Assembly (NCBI GenBank): GCA_043798375.1
Contig: JAZDOS010000042.1
Coordinates: 5,037 to 69,036 of the forward strand
Source of the DNA: Candidatus Omnitrophota bacterium
Lineage (GTDB): Bacteria; Omnitrophota; Gorgyraeia; 2-01-FULL-45-10
Direction of reading: 5' to 3'
Length of the DNA stretch: 64,000 bases
Part shown: piece after piece, positions 1 to 15,000 of the stretch
Position numbering within the stretch: position 1 is the first letter of the stretch
Layout of the letters: each line of letters starts with the position of its first letter
The notes under the pieces: model-generated
Told to the model about the DNA's origin: nothing
The model's input: the letters and a program-made list of their open reading frames with translations, nothing else
Databases searched by the model: none
Made by a program: the position numbers and the translations under genes

Positions 1-98
1 GCCGGCATACATACGAGCTGCCTGTACCCGAAGCCAGATATAAATATACCGTAACAAGAGATTTTGACCGGGAGAAACGCGCGATTATTACCACCGGC

Positions 99-3000
99 GT
101 GGAACGCACGGTGATGTACGAGAAGGACAGGCTTCTTTTTAAAGTCTCGACGGACCTGATAAAGGGCGAGACCGAGGTCATAAGGCTCTATAAGTCAAAA
201 GAAGTGAACGGCGTTACATATAACAATGTCTATGAGACATTGTTATATGACAAATCCGGCAAAGAGATATTCCGCAAATACCATAAGATAACTTTCGACA
301 GGCGTTATAGAGACAGGGATATATGGACGTTCTTGTGGTCGAAGGGGGAGGTGCGGGATAAGGTCCATAATTATAAAGATAATACCGACAGGCTGGTAGT
401 ATACCTCCAGACAAAGGAGATAAAGCTGACGCCGGAATCGACAAGGATCGTCACGGAAACGAAGGAATGGACGGATAATGAAACCGGCTTAAGCCATTTC
501 GTAAAGATAATCACGACAAAAGACATGTTCGGCAATGTCATCAAGATAGATTCCGAATGGCGCGCGAAAGATCCCAAAAAAGGCGATATATGGAGCGACA
601 TGGGAAAACCCATGGAATATTATTATGAGATCATAACCGCCGAAACGAAAGAGCTTAAAAGAAACGGGAGCGCGGCGGCCGTCGTATACAGCGACGCAGA
701 AGGAAATCTCTTTGCCAATTTCGCCAAAGGGCCCCACGGCAGGCCGCGGAACGGCGTAGCGATACCAAAAGGCGCCAGATGGATAGTCCAGACGAAGCGC
801 GACACCGTCCGGCGCGAAGAGTCGTTCGGCATATATGACGCTTACGCCAAGCCCGTGTATCAGGATATCGATACCGGTTACTTCGGGAATGGTTTTGTTA
901 ACCAGGTATTGATCTATGATCCCGAAAATTCCACGATGGAGGAACACGCGCTTTTCAGGGAGAAGGACGAAGATAGGGGCACGGATAGAGAAATAGACAT
1001 ATTAGATAAACATTCCACGAAAGTCACCTATCACAATTCAGAAATAGCGGACACATGGCTTCTTTTAAGTGAAATATCGAAGAAGAGGATGTACTGGACC
1101 GAATACGAATATGATATCGATAGGGCGCTCAGCCGCTCATACGCCGGCGATAAGCCGGTCAGGAGCAGGACTTATGACTTACTGCTGCCGGAAGGCCGGA
1201 AAAGCAATAAGATGGAAAAGGGCGCCTTGATCGAAAATATGGCCTATATTTATGACGGCAGGAGCCAGAGCCGTCTTATCATAGATTTGAGCGATCGGCG
1301 CGGCCCTGACGGAGCGAAGATCGCGCCGGAAGAGCCTTTCAGGGAAGGCGAGGTTGTGACAGGCCTTATTACCCCTCTCGACATAGAGACTCTATGGAGA
1401 GAGGCGGAAGAGTTCGAAACACAAAAATGGAGGGCGCCTATTATAATAGGTAAGGACGGCGCTGTATGGATAGATACGGTCAAAGGCTCGCTTGTTGTCT
1501 ACAGGGTGCGGCTCGACCCCAATTTGTATGTAACGGTCCATCTTGAAAAGGGCCCTGCCGGAAAATATTCCGTGAAGAAGGCGTATATAGGCAGGGGCGT
1601 ATATGAATTCTATGGAGTGCACGGCAAAAGAAGGGTAAGAGAGCTGTTCAGTATCGACGAAAAGTTCATAAATATAAATCCCGGTACCGGCTCATGCGAA
1701 GTTGACCGGGATACGGGGTATGCGGTCATAATAAATCCCGAAACCAAAAAATCGGTAAAGGTTGATATCACGAAAGACCTCGGCGATATGGCGCCAGCCA
1801 TGTATCTCTATGATGCCGCCGATCCGAGCCTCGCATACTGCATACCGCTTACGGGCAGCGACTTTGAAAACGGCTATTTTTATCTTAACAGGATGCTTCT
1901 GGCAGGCGGTAATAAGCCGATGGCGAGGCTGAAGCTCGTTCCCGGTTCCGGTAATACGCGTCAGGACTTCGCGAAAATACAGGAGAAAGTCCGTTCCGAC
2001 AAACCGAGCGCCGAAGTGACCGGTCTTCCCGGAGGATTTGCCCGCGTGGATTGGATATACGCCACGCCCGAGCCGCCGGCAAGTTACAGGGATACCGGCT
2101 TACCAACGGTCGTCGCTATTACGGGAATCGAACAAGGCATAAAGGCCGGCAGGACAAAATTATACGCAAGCCCGATTGATGAAAATACGCAGGAAATCAG
2201 TAAATCGCTCGGCACAAGATATTTAGTCAGGAACAAATCCGCTCGCCGCATGTCGCTAAATACGCAGGGAATTGAAAAGATCGGTTCGCTTAAGAATGCG
2301 CGGACCGCCGGCGGCGTGCCCATCTCAGCATTCAGCGGAGTTCAGACGATGCCGGTTGAGGAAGATGTGCATTGGGAGAAGACGGATGTAACGGAAGAAA
2401 ATATATTGCCCTTATCGCAGGAGACAGGCGAACACCTGACGCTGAACGACAAGGGGAGCAAGGTTGTCCAATACTACACTCCGGATGACAGGCGGCTTAA
2501 GACCGAATATGAAATAGGCACGAGTAAAAACGCGATGAACCTTGTTTTGGGCGCCTTGAGCGGTTTAAAGGATCCTATTTTTAAAAGTAAGGCGGATATA
2601 GAAATTCTGGATTGTATTTATACAACCGCCAGGACGAATAGCCTGAACAGCATAAAGAAGCTGAGAGAATTTATCATCAATGCCATTGCCGTAAAGGACG
2701 CTTTTGAAAAGGTAACCGGAAAGGTACCCGTGACAGCTGAGAGCGCGGGTAATATCCTATATTATACAAGAGCGCTGATGATAGGAGATCCGCTTACAGG
2801 CGAGATCGCGGTAAGGACGGCCGATGATATGAAGAGTTTTGAATCCAATCTGGCTGCGTTAAGCGACGCCGTGCTGAAAGCTTTCAAGAACTTCGACAAG
2901 GAGGCCAAGACGCAAAAAATGAGAGATTTCATCGGCTTTGACACGGACGAAGGCAAATTTGTTTTAGGTAAACTTGTCCATTGGGCGAAGAACAAAAAAG

Positions 3001-6000
3001 ATTTTGTTTTTGAGGATTTCCTGGCCTCGTTTAACGGTATAATACGATATGAAAAAGAAGTGAATGATTACTTTAAAGCCAGGTATGCCACGGCGGCTCA
3101 AGAAGGAAAAGCTGCGAAACTGCCCGCGCAGTCGCGATTCGAGATCTTCGCCGACAAGATAACCAGCTTTGCCAGCCAGACCGCAGGCCTCTCAAGCGGC
3201 GATAAAAAAACATTTCTCGAAGTTCAGACGGAACGGCTTGATAAAAAAGATTATAAGAAGACGCAGGAAAAGATAAAAGCAAAGACACGATTTGCGCCTG
3301 CCTTAAAATGGCTCGGCCTTCCGGCTGTCATATTCGCGCTGATGGGAAATGCCGGTTACGCGGCGGATATCGCCGCGAAGCCGATAGCGAATGTTATAGA
3401 TATTCCGGGCGATATCATCGGCATATTTACCCATGCCCCGTATTTTTCACTTGCAGTAGCGGGCATATTGATAGCGGCCTTGATTTGGAGGATTTATAAA
3501 ACCGGGATTGATGAAAACAGGTATTGGAGCACAAGGCAGCAGCTTTACGCCTGGAAAACTCCGCCCCGGCAGGGACAGCCTCTATGCAATCCAAATCCCG
3601 CGTATGCGCGGATGTGGGATGAGATGGGCGCGGGTATTGCGGAGATGCGCCGGGCCATGTGGGATATATACAGGACGCTTGAGCCTTTCAGAGTTATGTT
3701 CTATGAGCCGAATTCGCCGTTATACGGGCGGGACACCGGGCCTCATATACCGGCATATAGATATGGTCCTTGGACATTCCTTACTTTTGCGGCCGGCGCC
3801 GGGTTAACAGTTGTCAATATCTGGAAGGCGGCCCAGACAGGATTATCGATAGGATACGGGCCATGGATATGGATTTTGGGGGCGGGCCTGATGCTGCTCT
3901 CCTTGATTAACGGTTATAAATTTATAGCCGATATGGCGCTGATTATCAGCCCGTCGTTGAGGCAAAGACGCCGCATGTTGGCTCTTCAGATAATGGAAAG
4001 CGAGATTGCGGTGCAAAGGCGGTATTTTACCAGCCTGATCAATAGCGGCGGATACGGATTCACAGCCGATCAGTGGCGCGAACTGTTGAAATTTCCGGCC
4101 CACGTTCCTTTTGGCGAACCGGATGATCAGAAGGAAATCAGGACTCAATACATATCGTTTATGGAATACCTTGATTACTGTGACGAATGGGTTAAATTCC
4201 TGAAGGAACGCAAAGATTACAGAGTATTCGCCAGGCTTCAATATCCGCCCGACCAACAGCGCCACGACGTAATGCCTACATTCTACACACAGGGACCGGA
4301 ATATTATATGGCGCATACCCCGGGTATAGCGCCGATAACAACAATCATGCCTGGGAATGAACAGGACCATCCGGGCTATCCTATAATAGGCGAAGCAGAC
4401 GCCCGGAACGGGTTCAGGCGGTATGCAAATACAACGAGACTGCCTATTCCGCAGCTTGGGCGCGTAAGAAACCCATATGCCGACCCCGTAGAGCCGCTTG
4501 TGCCGCTTAACAATATTTACGTCTATCTGGCGCATATAAGGGAAAGGGCCAGGCAGGCGAATGCGCTAGGCAATATAGGGCTTGTAACAGAACGCGAAGA
4601 GGTGGTCGCGGAGCTTTCAATCGGAGCGGTAAGCGGGCGTTACGGCCCCGGCCCGGAATCTACAAGTTACCCGAAACTTTTCTGGAAAAGGCATTTATGG
4701 CATAGCATGATATTCTTGGGCGTGGCGGCCGCGATAACGAAAGCCGCTTACGGATTCAGGCTTCATCTTGCCGCGCTGAAGATAGCCGAGGACATGCCTA
4801 TCATGACTCCGATGGCATTTACATCCGCGGAGATAATCGCCGCCGTTATAGGATTCCTGACGATTGTGGGAATATTCAAATATTTATTGTTCGGCGCCGC
4901 TTCCGCAGAGAGGCCGAGGCGGATAATGGCCCTGGGCGCTCTGGGCGGCATCGGCTATTTCCTCTATTCATACTGCAGTGAACCGATTATTAAAATCGCC
5001 AGGCTCTTTGACCGGATTTTACCTGATTCCGCGCATAATATATTTGACTATCTTGCCCAGCCTCAGGTCTTACCTTATACGATAATTGTTCTGGGCGCGG
5101 CAGCCGCAATCATCGGGATTTATTATCTTGTCGTGTCTTCCGGCGAACAGAGTAATGAGGTACGGGATCAGGATATTCTTGACCATACGCCGGACCATCT
5201 ACTTAGAGGAATATTGAACCGGGCTATCCAGGACGCTATAAACGAAGGCAAAGACAGGAACCTGCCCGGTATAGTACGAAATAGGCCGGCCGGCCGACGC
5301 CTGATCGGAGACAATGAGGATGTCAGGGCTATCTTCAGGGAAATCTCCGGTTCGTATAAAGGTTTGAGCAAAGCCTCAAGGCTGGTGAGGAATGAACCGC
5401 TGTCCGATTGGATTACTTACAGAATAAGAATGTCTTCCAGGACCGGCGAGGGGCATGCCCTTGCTTCTGTCATGGAAGTGGCAGATATTGTCAATAACGT
5501 CCGCGAAAGAGGACGCATAATACAGGTTCTCGCCGCGCACGGCTTCAATGTACAAGGCCTGCCGGCCGATCCTCCGGTGGACCGGCGAAGCGGCCGCGCG
5601 ACGAACATGGATATAGCAGAGAGGCTGACACTTGCCGACATGGATAGGATAGTAAACGACCCTGCCATAGCGCACGAGATATTTGAAGCGGTCGTTCTGA
5701 TGGATACGGTTTTCGGAAATGCGGCGGCGCAGGTCCGCGCGACACTCGAAAGCGCAACGAACAGCTATCATGGCCGTGTTGACATAGCATTGTCGATGGA
5801 CGACGATGATCCCGGGGTTGACGCAATCCGCCAGGCCATGCAGCCGGGCGGTATACTTGCCCCTTACGCGGATAATATCATAATCTATACGGGTTCAAAC
5901 TGGGGGTCTAACCTTGGCAAGAACCAGAGGAAGGCGCGCATGAAACCTGTCCTCGACGTCGAAACTGTCAAGTACCTCAAGAAGATTTACGGCGAAAGAC

Positions 6001-9000
6001 GCGCCGCATGCCCCGACTATAAACTGCCAGGATTTGTTGAGCTTGTCGACCAGGAAGACAGGCTAGGCGCGCTTCTCTTAAAGTCGAAGACGCTTCTGTG
6101 GAAGATGTATGACCGGACGGTCAGCGATGAGATTGCCGGCCGAAGGAACAGCGGTGATCGAAGAAGATGGGGGATAAAATTTAACGGCCTTGGCGGAGCG
6201 CAGTGGAAACTGCGCCTTACATATTATCTGACAACGGCCAGGCTTAGAATAGCTGCGTGGGGCGCCGCCCCCGACGCGGACGGAGACGCCCGTGAACGCG
6301 CGGCATTTATGCTCAATGCCTTCAGGCAGGTTTACGCGAACGCGGACTATTTTGCCGAGTCGGAATTCAGGACAAGGAGCGTTCCCGCCATTATTCAATC
6401 GGAACTAAGGCTTGTTTCCGACAAGAGCCCGGCGCATGCCTACATGTCCCATTCGGATTATCTCTTATGGCATACGAAGATACAGGTCGGCCAGACTAAC
6501 AATGGATTTCTGTTCCTCGGAGGTACCGGAAACGGTTTCCTGTGGGATATGATAGCCGGAGAGGAGCTTGATGGAAGCGGCAGAGCGCTCTGTTATTTGA
6601 ACGACAGGGCCAGGCTGCAGGACATGTTATTTCCGTTGAGGCAGAATATCGAAAGGGAAGAGACGAGGATGGCGGAATTTTACGCGGGCTTTCCGCTGCC
6701 GATAAGGCTCATGTTTCACATTATAGTGCATCCGATAAGATCAATATTCGATCCTTCCGTAAAAAGAACGCGTGTTCCATCAGGACTTTTAAGAAATTAT
6801 CTGAATACCTATAACATAAGCGGAGCGTGGGATCTTTACAACATAATCGAAGACTCGGAACTCGGAAGACGGCTCCCTCTGTATCAACTGAAAGCTACCA
6901 GGCTTGTGGGGCCTTTTACGCAGATACTCGAAGACCTGTTGCCGGTCATGGGCGCTCCATGGTGGCGTCAGCGCTCAAGGTGGATAATAATGCAGACCTT
7001 TGCCGTTACTATAGCGCACCCGGCGGCTTTCTTCATGTTCTTTGGCCAGTATATCGGTTTGGCTCTCGGCTGGATGATGTTTGGAAGCGCCAACGGTTTT
7101 ATTTTGCAGGGGCTTGGCGCGGGTCTCGCCGGCTTCGTTATAGGAGGTTTCGCCTTCTACTATATAGGGCATATCGTAAACGGGCTTCTTATATTGGCCG
7201 GCTGGAAAAGGAATGCCCAATGGCAGGTAGACCCTGTCAAGGCCATGGGTTACTGGAGGTTTCAACATGTCGCGCATCTCGCGGCCGCAACGCCGGCCGT
7301 TGTAGCCACAACTTTAACGCTTATACTTACCATTCTTTACGGTATAGCCACGGTAGGAAATGTTCCAGGGCTGGAATTTATGGGCGGCGGGCTGGGCGCC
7401 TTTATAGTGGATGCCGTCAGGTTCCTGCAGGTCTATGTTCCTTTTGTGAACGGCTGGCTTCCCACAGTATTTATAGGAGCTATCGTATTCTTTATCCCTC
7501 CGTTTATGCAGGTTATCCAAGGCATGATCGCTACTCTGCAATATGATATACAGGATGAAGAATCGACGACCGAATCTATCAGGGTTTATCTGACAGAGGC
7601 CGGCGATACGCCCATGATAGGGATCGCGGACATGCATGCCGATACGATAAATACGAACATAGTTGTTCCCGGCCGCGTCATAGCGGGGCATTATTCCAGA
7701 TTCTCGGACGACGAATTCGTAATAAATTTCCTTAATATGTATATTCGAGAGGCCGCGGCAGCGTGTAACCATGCCGTTGTGGGTATGCCCAATAACGCTT
7801 TCGGCTGGGCCGACCTGAACAGAAACTGGAGAAATGGTTTAGATCCAGCCAATCCTGACCATATACAGATTTACAGGCGCGCGCTTACTGAAGCGATAGA
7901 TTTCGCGCACGGGCTAATAACAAAAATCCGCGGCGATGTCAGATTCTCCTGGAAATTTTTTGCGTTCGGCGCCGCGCTCTTTATCGTCAGCAATTACCTG
8001 ATGAGCACAGGCTGGTTCTACGCGGCTCTTGGAAACTACGCGCTGTGGACGGGTCTTGCGATAATGATAGCTGCAATCCTGACACAGGTCGTAAGCCGTG
8101 TTCCAAGGGCGCGCAAGAGCATCTATCGTTTGAGTTCCATCGGAAGAAGGCCCTACCATGCCTACCATTACTTCATAAGACAAATTTTAATGCTGCCGTA
8201 TTACATGAATCTCATAATTGCCGGCATCCTCAGCCTGTTCATGACCGTAGACAGGTATCAGGGGGAGAATTTCTGGACCAGAGGAAGGCAGGGCCTTCAA
8301 CCGCCAAGGTATGGCGAAAGAGGAAGCCTGCGGCAATACAGAAATATACTCTCAAATTGGTTAAGCACAAACTGGCTTATATTGGCGCTTCTATTTGTGC
8401 CCATCTATATTATAGTCGGTGACCCGATGGTCAAAGTTCATCTCAAACCTAAAATGATCGGCAGGCAGATTACGCTTGAAATAGAGAGGGAGTATCAGAA
8501 CCATATATCAGGCGACTATAATCTCGATTCGTCCGAGATATACGGCATTCTGCGCTCCGATCCTTATATATATGTCCAGAACGGATGGGTTGAAGGCAAG
8601 ATAAAAGTTTTTGACGAATACCTCGCCAACCACATCCGGAGCGGCAACGCCGAATCTCTCAAGTCAGCCGAGACGACACTCGCGTGGATCGTCGAGGGTA
8701 TAAGAGCCGGGCAAGATTATATAAAATCTGAAGGCGGCGATGACGCCGAGGCCATAAAAGGATTCGAAGAGCTTGCAGAAATTTTCTTCGCGCTTTGCGC
8801 CAAATACAATATTCTCGACCTGTACTATCAGGTGCTTCCAGCCAAACCTGAAGTTATCGACGCCGCAAAATTCAAGATAGAGACGGACAACGCGGAAGCC
8901 AGGATAACAAAGACAGGTAAAGACGGTTCTTTTGAGCTTAAATGCTCGATCGATGGAAATGTATCCGGGAACGCCGGCTATGTTATAGTGAAGGCGGATC

Positions 9001-12000
9001 TGCCGGACTCGGTGGATATGGCCGGTAAGGAATTTATCGTGGATTATGGTATTTCCGGCGGCCAGATCGGAAATAGAACCATCCAATCGATGGTAATTGA
9101 CGGAAATGGAAACACGTATTTCAACCCTCTCTCGAATAAACTTCTGAAGGATAGCGCGAGTGTCAGGCCGGAAAAACAGCCGGCCGAACAATGGCTGAGC
9201 GAAAAAGACAGAAGCAGGGTTTTTAACAGGCAAAACATAAGAACTGTTCTTATAAAGATCGGCGGAAATGCGGCTGGAGATTGTCCAAATCTGGTAATTA
9301 GATTTGGAGCTCCGAGAATCCAGATAAGGCCTTCCTTCGTAACCGGTATAGGCAGCCCTGATATAAAATCATCGATGAACAGGGCTGTTGAGCAAAGAGC
9401 GGGCAAAGCGAAAAAAGCCCGTAACCTCGAACCCGTAAGGCCGCTCGGAATATTGACCGGAGGCCTGGCTGTCGGAAGCTTGATAGGGTTGGGCATTATA
9501 ACGTTGTTAAACACTCATGCCGGGGCGAATATCAATCCCTGGCTGTCTTTGGGTATAGGGCTGGGGTTGTCAATCGCGGGATTTATCATAGAAGCGTCGC
9601 GGCATTCAAGGGCGCGCATGAACAAACATAACGTTGATAGTATCCGAAAATCACAGGCCGGTTTTATGTATCCGAACGGTTGGGCTAAGTTCGGCGATTT
9701 TGACGAATTTGCGGCGTTGAAGCCCGTGTTGGAGTACCTCGGCATACCCGAAGATATGGTAAGGCCGTATACGTGGACAGCCGCCGAGATGCCGACAAAC
9801 TGGTTGACGGCATTCATGGAACTGTTCAAGACCTCGCCGCCCAGGATCGCGACGGTTAAAACCGAAATAGACGATGAAGGTAATGTCAGAAAATATATAG
9901 AAATAACCCCGTCTTTACTCCTTCCCGGAAATGAATTATATCTCGAACAGATCCTGCGTCACGAATTCGCGCACCTCGGCGGCGCCGGCGAGATCGGCGC
10001 GACATGGGCCGAGCGCGGCCTGTTGAGGACGATTTACAATATCCCGCCGCTCGTTATGGACGCGTTACTGCCCGGGGAAGAGGCGGGTGTATTCAATATC
10101 CCCGCGCCCGAACTTTTAGAAAAATTCAACCACGGATTTTTACTGAAACATGTGGGCAGGGCAACCGTTATCAGTATGAGGATAGGCCGCGAACTCGGCC
10201 TTTCGGAAGAGGAGATGAAGCTTCTGGAATACGCTTCCGCGCTTCACGATGTCGGCGGAGATCCGAGAGCCCTCAACGAAAAGAAATTCTCGGAATATTC
10301 GGAGCGCATCAAACAGGCAGCCGACGAAAAATCTATAAAGAAGGCGGCGGATAAATTGGTCGAACGCGCCGCGTCCAGTATGGGTATCGCGGTCCCCGAA
10401 GACATAGGAGCCAGATACGAATTATTCAAAACAGGGCTCGCGGCTATAGCGAGACTGAGCCGGCATGAGATCGCGCAAAACGAGGAGCTTCTTAATTCCA
10501 TATTCGATGTTCCGTCCAACACCCTGAAGATATTAAGGAAGAATAATATCGTTATATCCCCCGATCTCGAGGTTCTCTTGAAATATCACGCGGATTACGC
10601 GGGCTTTGTGAAAGATAAACCGGCCTTCTCGATTCCCGCCGACAGGATGAGGATGCTCCTGTCGATATTATATCTGACGGACATGTTCGAGCACGGCAAT
10701 AACAGGTTTACCCAGCTTGTCCAGAGAGGTAAGGATCGCGTGGAAAACTTCCCCGAGACATTTACCTTTATAGAGGGTATGTTCGCCGCGGCCGGGATGC
10801 TTGAACGGTGCAATCGCGAACCGGTGGACGCTCTCGTGAAACTGGTCCGTGCTGAGGACCCTGCGATCATGAAGGCAGTTACCGCCGCCCGCGAAACGGT
10901 CGAAGCCGGCGAGGCCGCTAAAATTTGCGAAACATTTAACCGCGCCAATATCATTCCAAGCTTCACATTGAACGCATCCAGGGATTTTAAAGACCAGGAA
11001 TCCGATTTCAGGAAGGGGCTTGAGGTTTTAAGGGCCATATTTACCGGCTCATCGGTAACCACCCAATATTCGTTCGAGGACCAGTGCAGGGACGAGCGGG
11101 AGCTGGCGAGAATAAAAAGCACGCCGGAATATCGCGCGGATAAAAGGACCTTCCACTTAAAGATATTAAATGATAAGAGAAGAATTGTCGATGGAAAGCC
11201 GAAAAGGTATGAGCTTAATCTTTCTTCACCGGATACGAAAGAACTTATAGAGAACAAGGGAAGCGTCCTGTATCAAATCGTTGAGGAACTTCAGCCCGAA
11301 TATGTGAGCGTCCATATTAGCGCTCCGATGGAAGAAAGGGAATTTGGCACTGATGACAGGCCATACGAAGTCGGAATAAGCCCTCTTCTTTCACGCGAGG
11401 AGGTGTTGAATCGGTTCGTTGACAGGATCAATACTCTTCAGGACAATTTAAAAACGATAGGCCATAATAATCCGGTTCTCGTCGAGTCCCTTGATTATCA
11501 CGACGCGGCCCTGACGAAAGGCGCGTACGAATATATCACCGAACCCGCGTTTATCAGGGAAGTGCTTGCGCGGACAGGCGCGCATTTCCTTGCCGACTGC
11601 GCCCACATGTATGTCTCGGCAAAGAACACACATTTAGGCCGGCCGGATTACGACTACATGGAATACGTGAAACAGATCATCGATGAAGATACCATAGCCC
11701 TTGTAGACGAAGCGCATCTGACCGTGCCCGCCTATGACGCGAAGACCGGCCAGTGGCAGGATGTCCATCTTCCTTTTTATACGGATAGCGTTGAGGCCGG
11801 GGACGTAAAGAACATTCTGCGTTACATATTCGAGCTTCGCGCGAAAAAAGGCATAACCAAACCCATAATCGTCAATTTTGAATCCGACTCAAACGAGACA
11901 GACATGAAGAATTCGCAGAAAGATATCACGGCGCTGGCCGATTTCTTCCGGCCTCATCAGAACGCACGGATGGCGATGGAATATGAAAGCATGAAGGATC

Positions 12001-15000
12001 TTTCTAATCCTTTTGACGCGGTAAAAATGCAAAAATCAAGGGGATTGTTTGAATGGGATGATGCGGCTGGTGCTTGGGATTGGAAACAGGGCGATGGCAT
12101 AACGCTCTTACTCGGCCTGCCGTTCGAAGGGCCGATCCAGCAAAATATGGGTGAGATTGAGAACGCCTTGAGCAGTTTAGAGCCGGACGCGAAAAAGCTT
12201 TACCTGATGAAGATAGAAAATTTCCACCTTACCGCCGCCGCCCTTACAGAGAATACTCTTGAGGTTTCACAGGATCCCGCGGTGGAAAAAGAAATATTGC
12301 GCAGATTGTCCGCGGTCCGCAGCCTCATTCAGGGCCAGGGAGCGGTAAAACTTAAATTCCATTACAAAGATCTCACTATTACGCCGGGCGGCGAAATAGT
12401 GGCCCTCGGATTTGTGGAGAACGACAATTTATTCGCGATAAGAGACAAACTGCATTTCCGCGGCATATCCTCACATTATACCGACATCGTTCATATGACG
12501 ATAGGCAGGATATTCGATGAAAATATTTCGCCGGAAAGGCTTGCGGAATACAAAAGATTGATTGAAGCTCTGCGAGAGAAAAAAGACGAGCGCGGCAATC
12601 CCGCCGTTTTAGCCGATTTAACTATCGACAACGCTAATCTTTGGGATCAGCGCGGTGCAACGAGCGAACTCAGGTACGGCAGAAGCCATTCTCCGATCCC
12701 GCTCGAAGCAAGGCCCGAGATTCAGCCCAACGCGCCGCCGATAGTCGTTAAAACTGCTCCACAAGTTACCATAGAATCATTCACGAGCGAGCGCGGCCCG
12801 TCTACGGCAATGGCTGTGGCCAGATTAAAAGCCAGCGAAGTGACGGTCTATCCAGTATTTCAACGGAATATAAAATCAAGCCGCGGAATGCAGCGCGATA
12901 GGGCTACGATGCATTTCGGCTATCAATTGGAAGGCGGCAAATTTCAGGATGTGGATGACGAAGCGCCGGATTATGAGCACGTAAGGAAAGATATATGGAC
13001 AATAGAGGAGCATCTTGCTGAATTCAGGAAAAAGCATCCGGATGTTGAGATAATAGGTTTTGTAGGAAACGGTAATATACTCGCGAATACGGGCCTTTCT
13101 GCAAGTGTAATGTGGGTTGAGAGAAAGCTATGGGCAACAGAACAGGAAAAAGAGCTTATATATAACGGCAATAGCAGAAACTACCCATCGCTGATATTAT
13201 GGAAGGAGAACGGCCGTTACAGCGCGGAGGAAGTTAAATTTACGCGCGAGGGAAGGATTATTCAGGCGTCCACCGATAAAGATATAACCGAGGACGTTAT
13301 CTTTACGAATTCGGGCGTAGGATTATTGAAACAAGGTCCCGGCCGGGAAACCGCACCATATGATCTTGCCGCGCACTGCTGGCACGACTCTGATGTCAGG
13401 CATTATCTGGATTTCCCTTTCAGAAAAACGAATACCGGTAAATATATTCATTTTGGAGTAGATCAATTCTACGATAGCAAAGGAAATGTTGTGACGGCGC
13501 TTCTATCTCCCGCAATAGACGAAGAGCCGATTACTTTAAAATTAGAAGAGAATAAAATACCGCTGGACAATTACGATATAGTGGCGCTGGAAGCGGGCCT
13601 TAAAGAGAAAGGGTATGAGCCGGCCGCCTCAAGAGACGAGGTAGCATACGGAAGTTATTTTATCGCTCAGGATCTCGGCGAAATCAAAATAGGGTTTTTT
13701 AGAGGCATAAATCCTCATAATATCTGCGGCGTCGATTCCAAGGGAAATCTTATATGGGTTATCGTATCCGGTAAATCGAACAGGATAGGTATTACATTCA
13801 AGGAGGCCCAGAAGAAACTGAAAGAGATGGGGGCCGCGAGCGCCGTCATATTCGATAACGGTGCCGACGCGATGATGAACATAGATAATTCCTATGTCAT
13901 TCCGTCTTTCCAGGGCAGGGATAGGATTCTGTCGATATTGGTCTTCGGCAAGCGCGCCCCGCCTGACACCCGGCCGCAGGCGCCGGCGGAGGCGGACTTT
14001 GCGGCCGCGAAATTCGAAGACGTGACTTTAAAAGACGGCTCGAAGTTCAGTTTGGCGTACCTTCCATGGAGAGGCAAATACAAGGCCGCGGCCGCGCAGG
14101 TGCTTGAAAAAAGACCGGATAAGACGCGGCCGATTTCACCGTATGATCATGACAAGGCTATTTGTCCGCTTTGCAGTCCGATCATTGCCGATGAAAAGGC
14201 GTATAACGGCGAAGGCCGTCAATATATTATCGTCGTCAACACTTCGCCGTTTGCCGAAGATCATGCGCTTTTTGCGTCCAGAGAACCGCTGCCTCAAATT
14301 ATCACTACCCCAAAACAGATAGAAGACATAGCGGGATACATGTCTGAAAAGGGTGAAGGGCGCGAAGCGATATTCAACGGATTTGATCCGAACAGGACGA
14401 GCCTGGCGCATCGCCATTATCACTGGCAGGTATTTAAAAGATCGAGCACGATATGGGAGAATTACGCGAAAGGCGTGTTAAACACCCGATATTCCGAAGA
14501 GGAAAGCACGAAAACAGTTCGGGTTGAATATAGCGCTAATAAGGCGTTTTCGGTCAAGATTGTCATCGGCACAGACATAAAAAAGATCAGCGAGATTTTG
14601 CTTAAAGATATCCGCGTCATCGAATCGAAGTCTCTCATACCGATGATAAATTTTAGGATAATCGACGGGAAGTACGCGTTCGCGTTACAGGCCGGAACAG
14701 AAGAAAGGCCCGCCTCTCTTGTACGGCTGGATGAAGAAAGCCATGCCGGCATAGGGGCCGCGGAACACTCAGGCTATATCATAACGGACACGGAAAAACT
14801 GTTCGATACGTTAAAAGATAGCCCCGAGCTGATAAAAAATATTCTGATTGACAGCCAAGCGCCGATCGAAGAAGTTCTCGGCTCCGCCGACACAAACCCA
14901 CCGGCCTTGCCCGGGACAAGGGGCCTCGAGCCTGTCGAAGGGCCGGCGCAAGCCATAAAGCAATTCAATGACATGGCGTCGGGCATAATGGATCGCGGTT

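Noticed and set aside
3843-4535. 230-aa minus-strand ORF, and many other 60-250-aa ORFs on other frames inside the giant genes (e.g. 6827-7546 +, 8664-9233 -, 10595-11257 -, 22181-22771 -, 24852-25409 -)
   Set aside because: They lie entirely inside long uninterrupted + strand ORFs with recognisable domains, have no RBS or motifs, and have low-complexity, Arg/Ser-rich translations typical of antisense frames of GC-moderate coding DNA
9958-9981. HEXXH (HEFAH) motif in giant protein 1 as evidence for a zinc-metalloprotease domain
   Set aside because: An isolated pentapeptide has no third-ligand or Met-turn context that I can recognise. It sits at the edge of the HD-like segment and is kept only as a note
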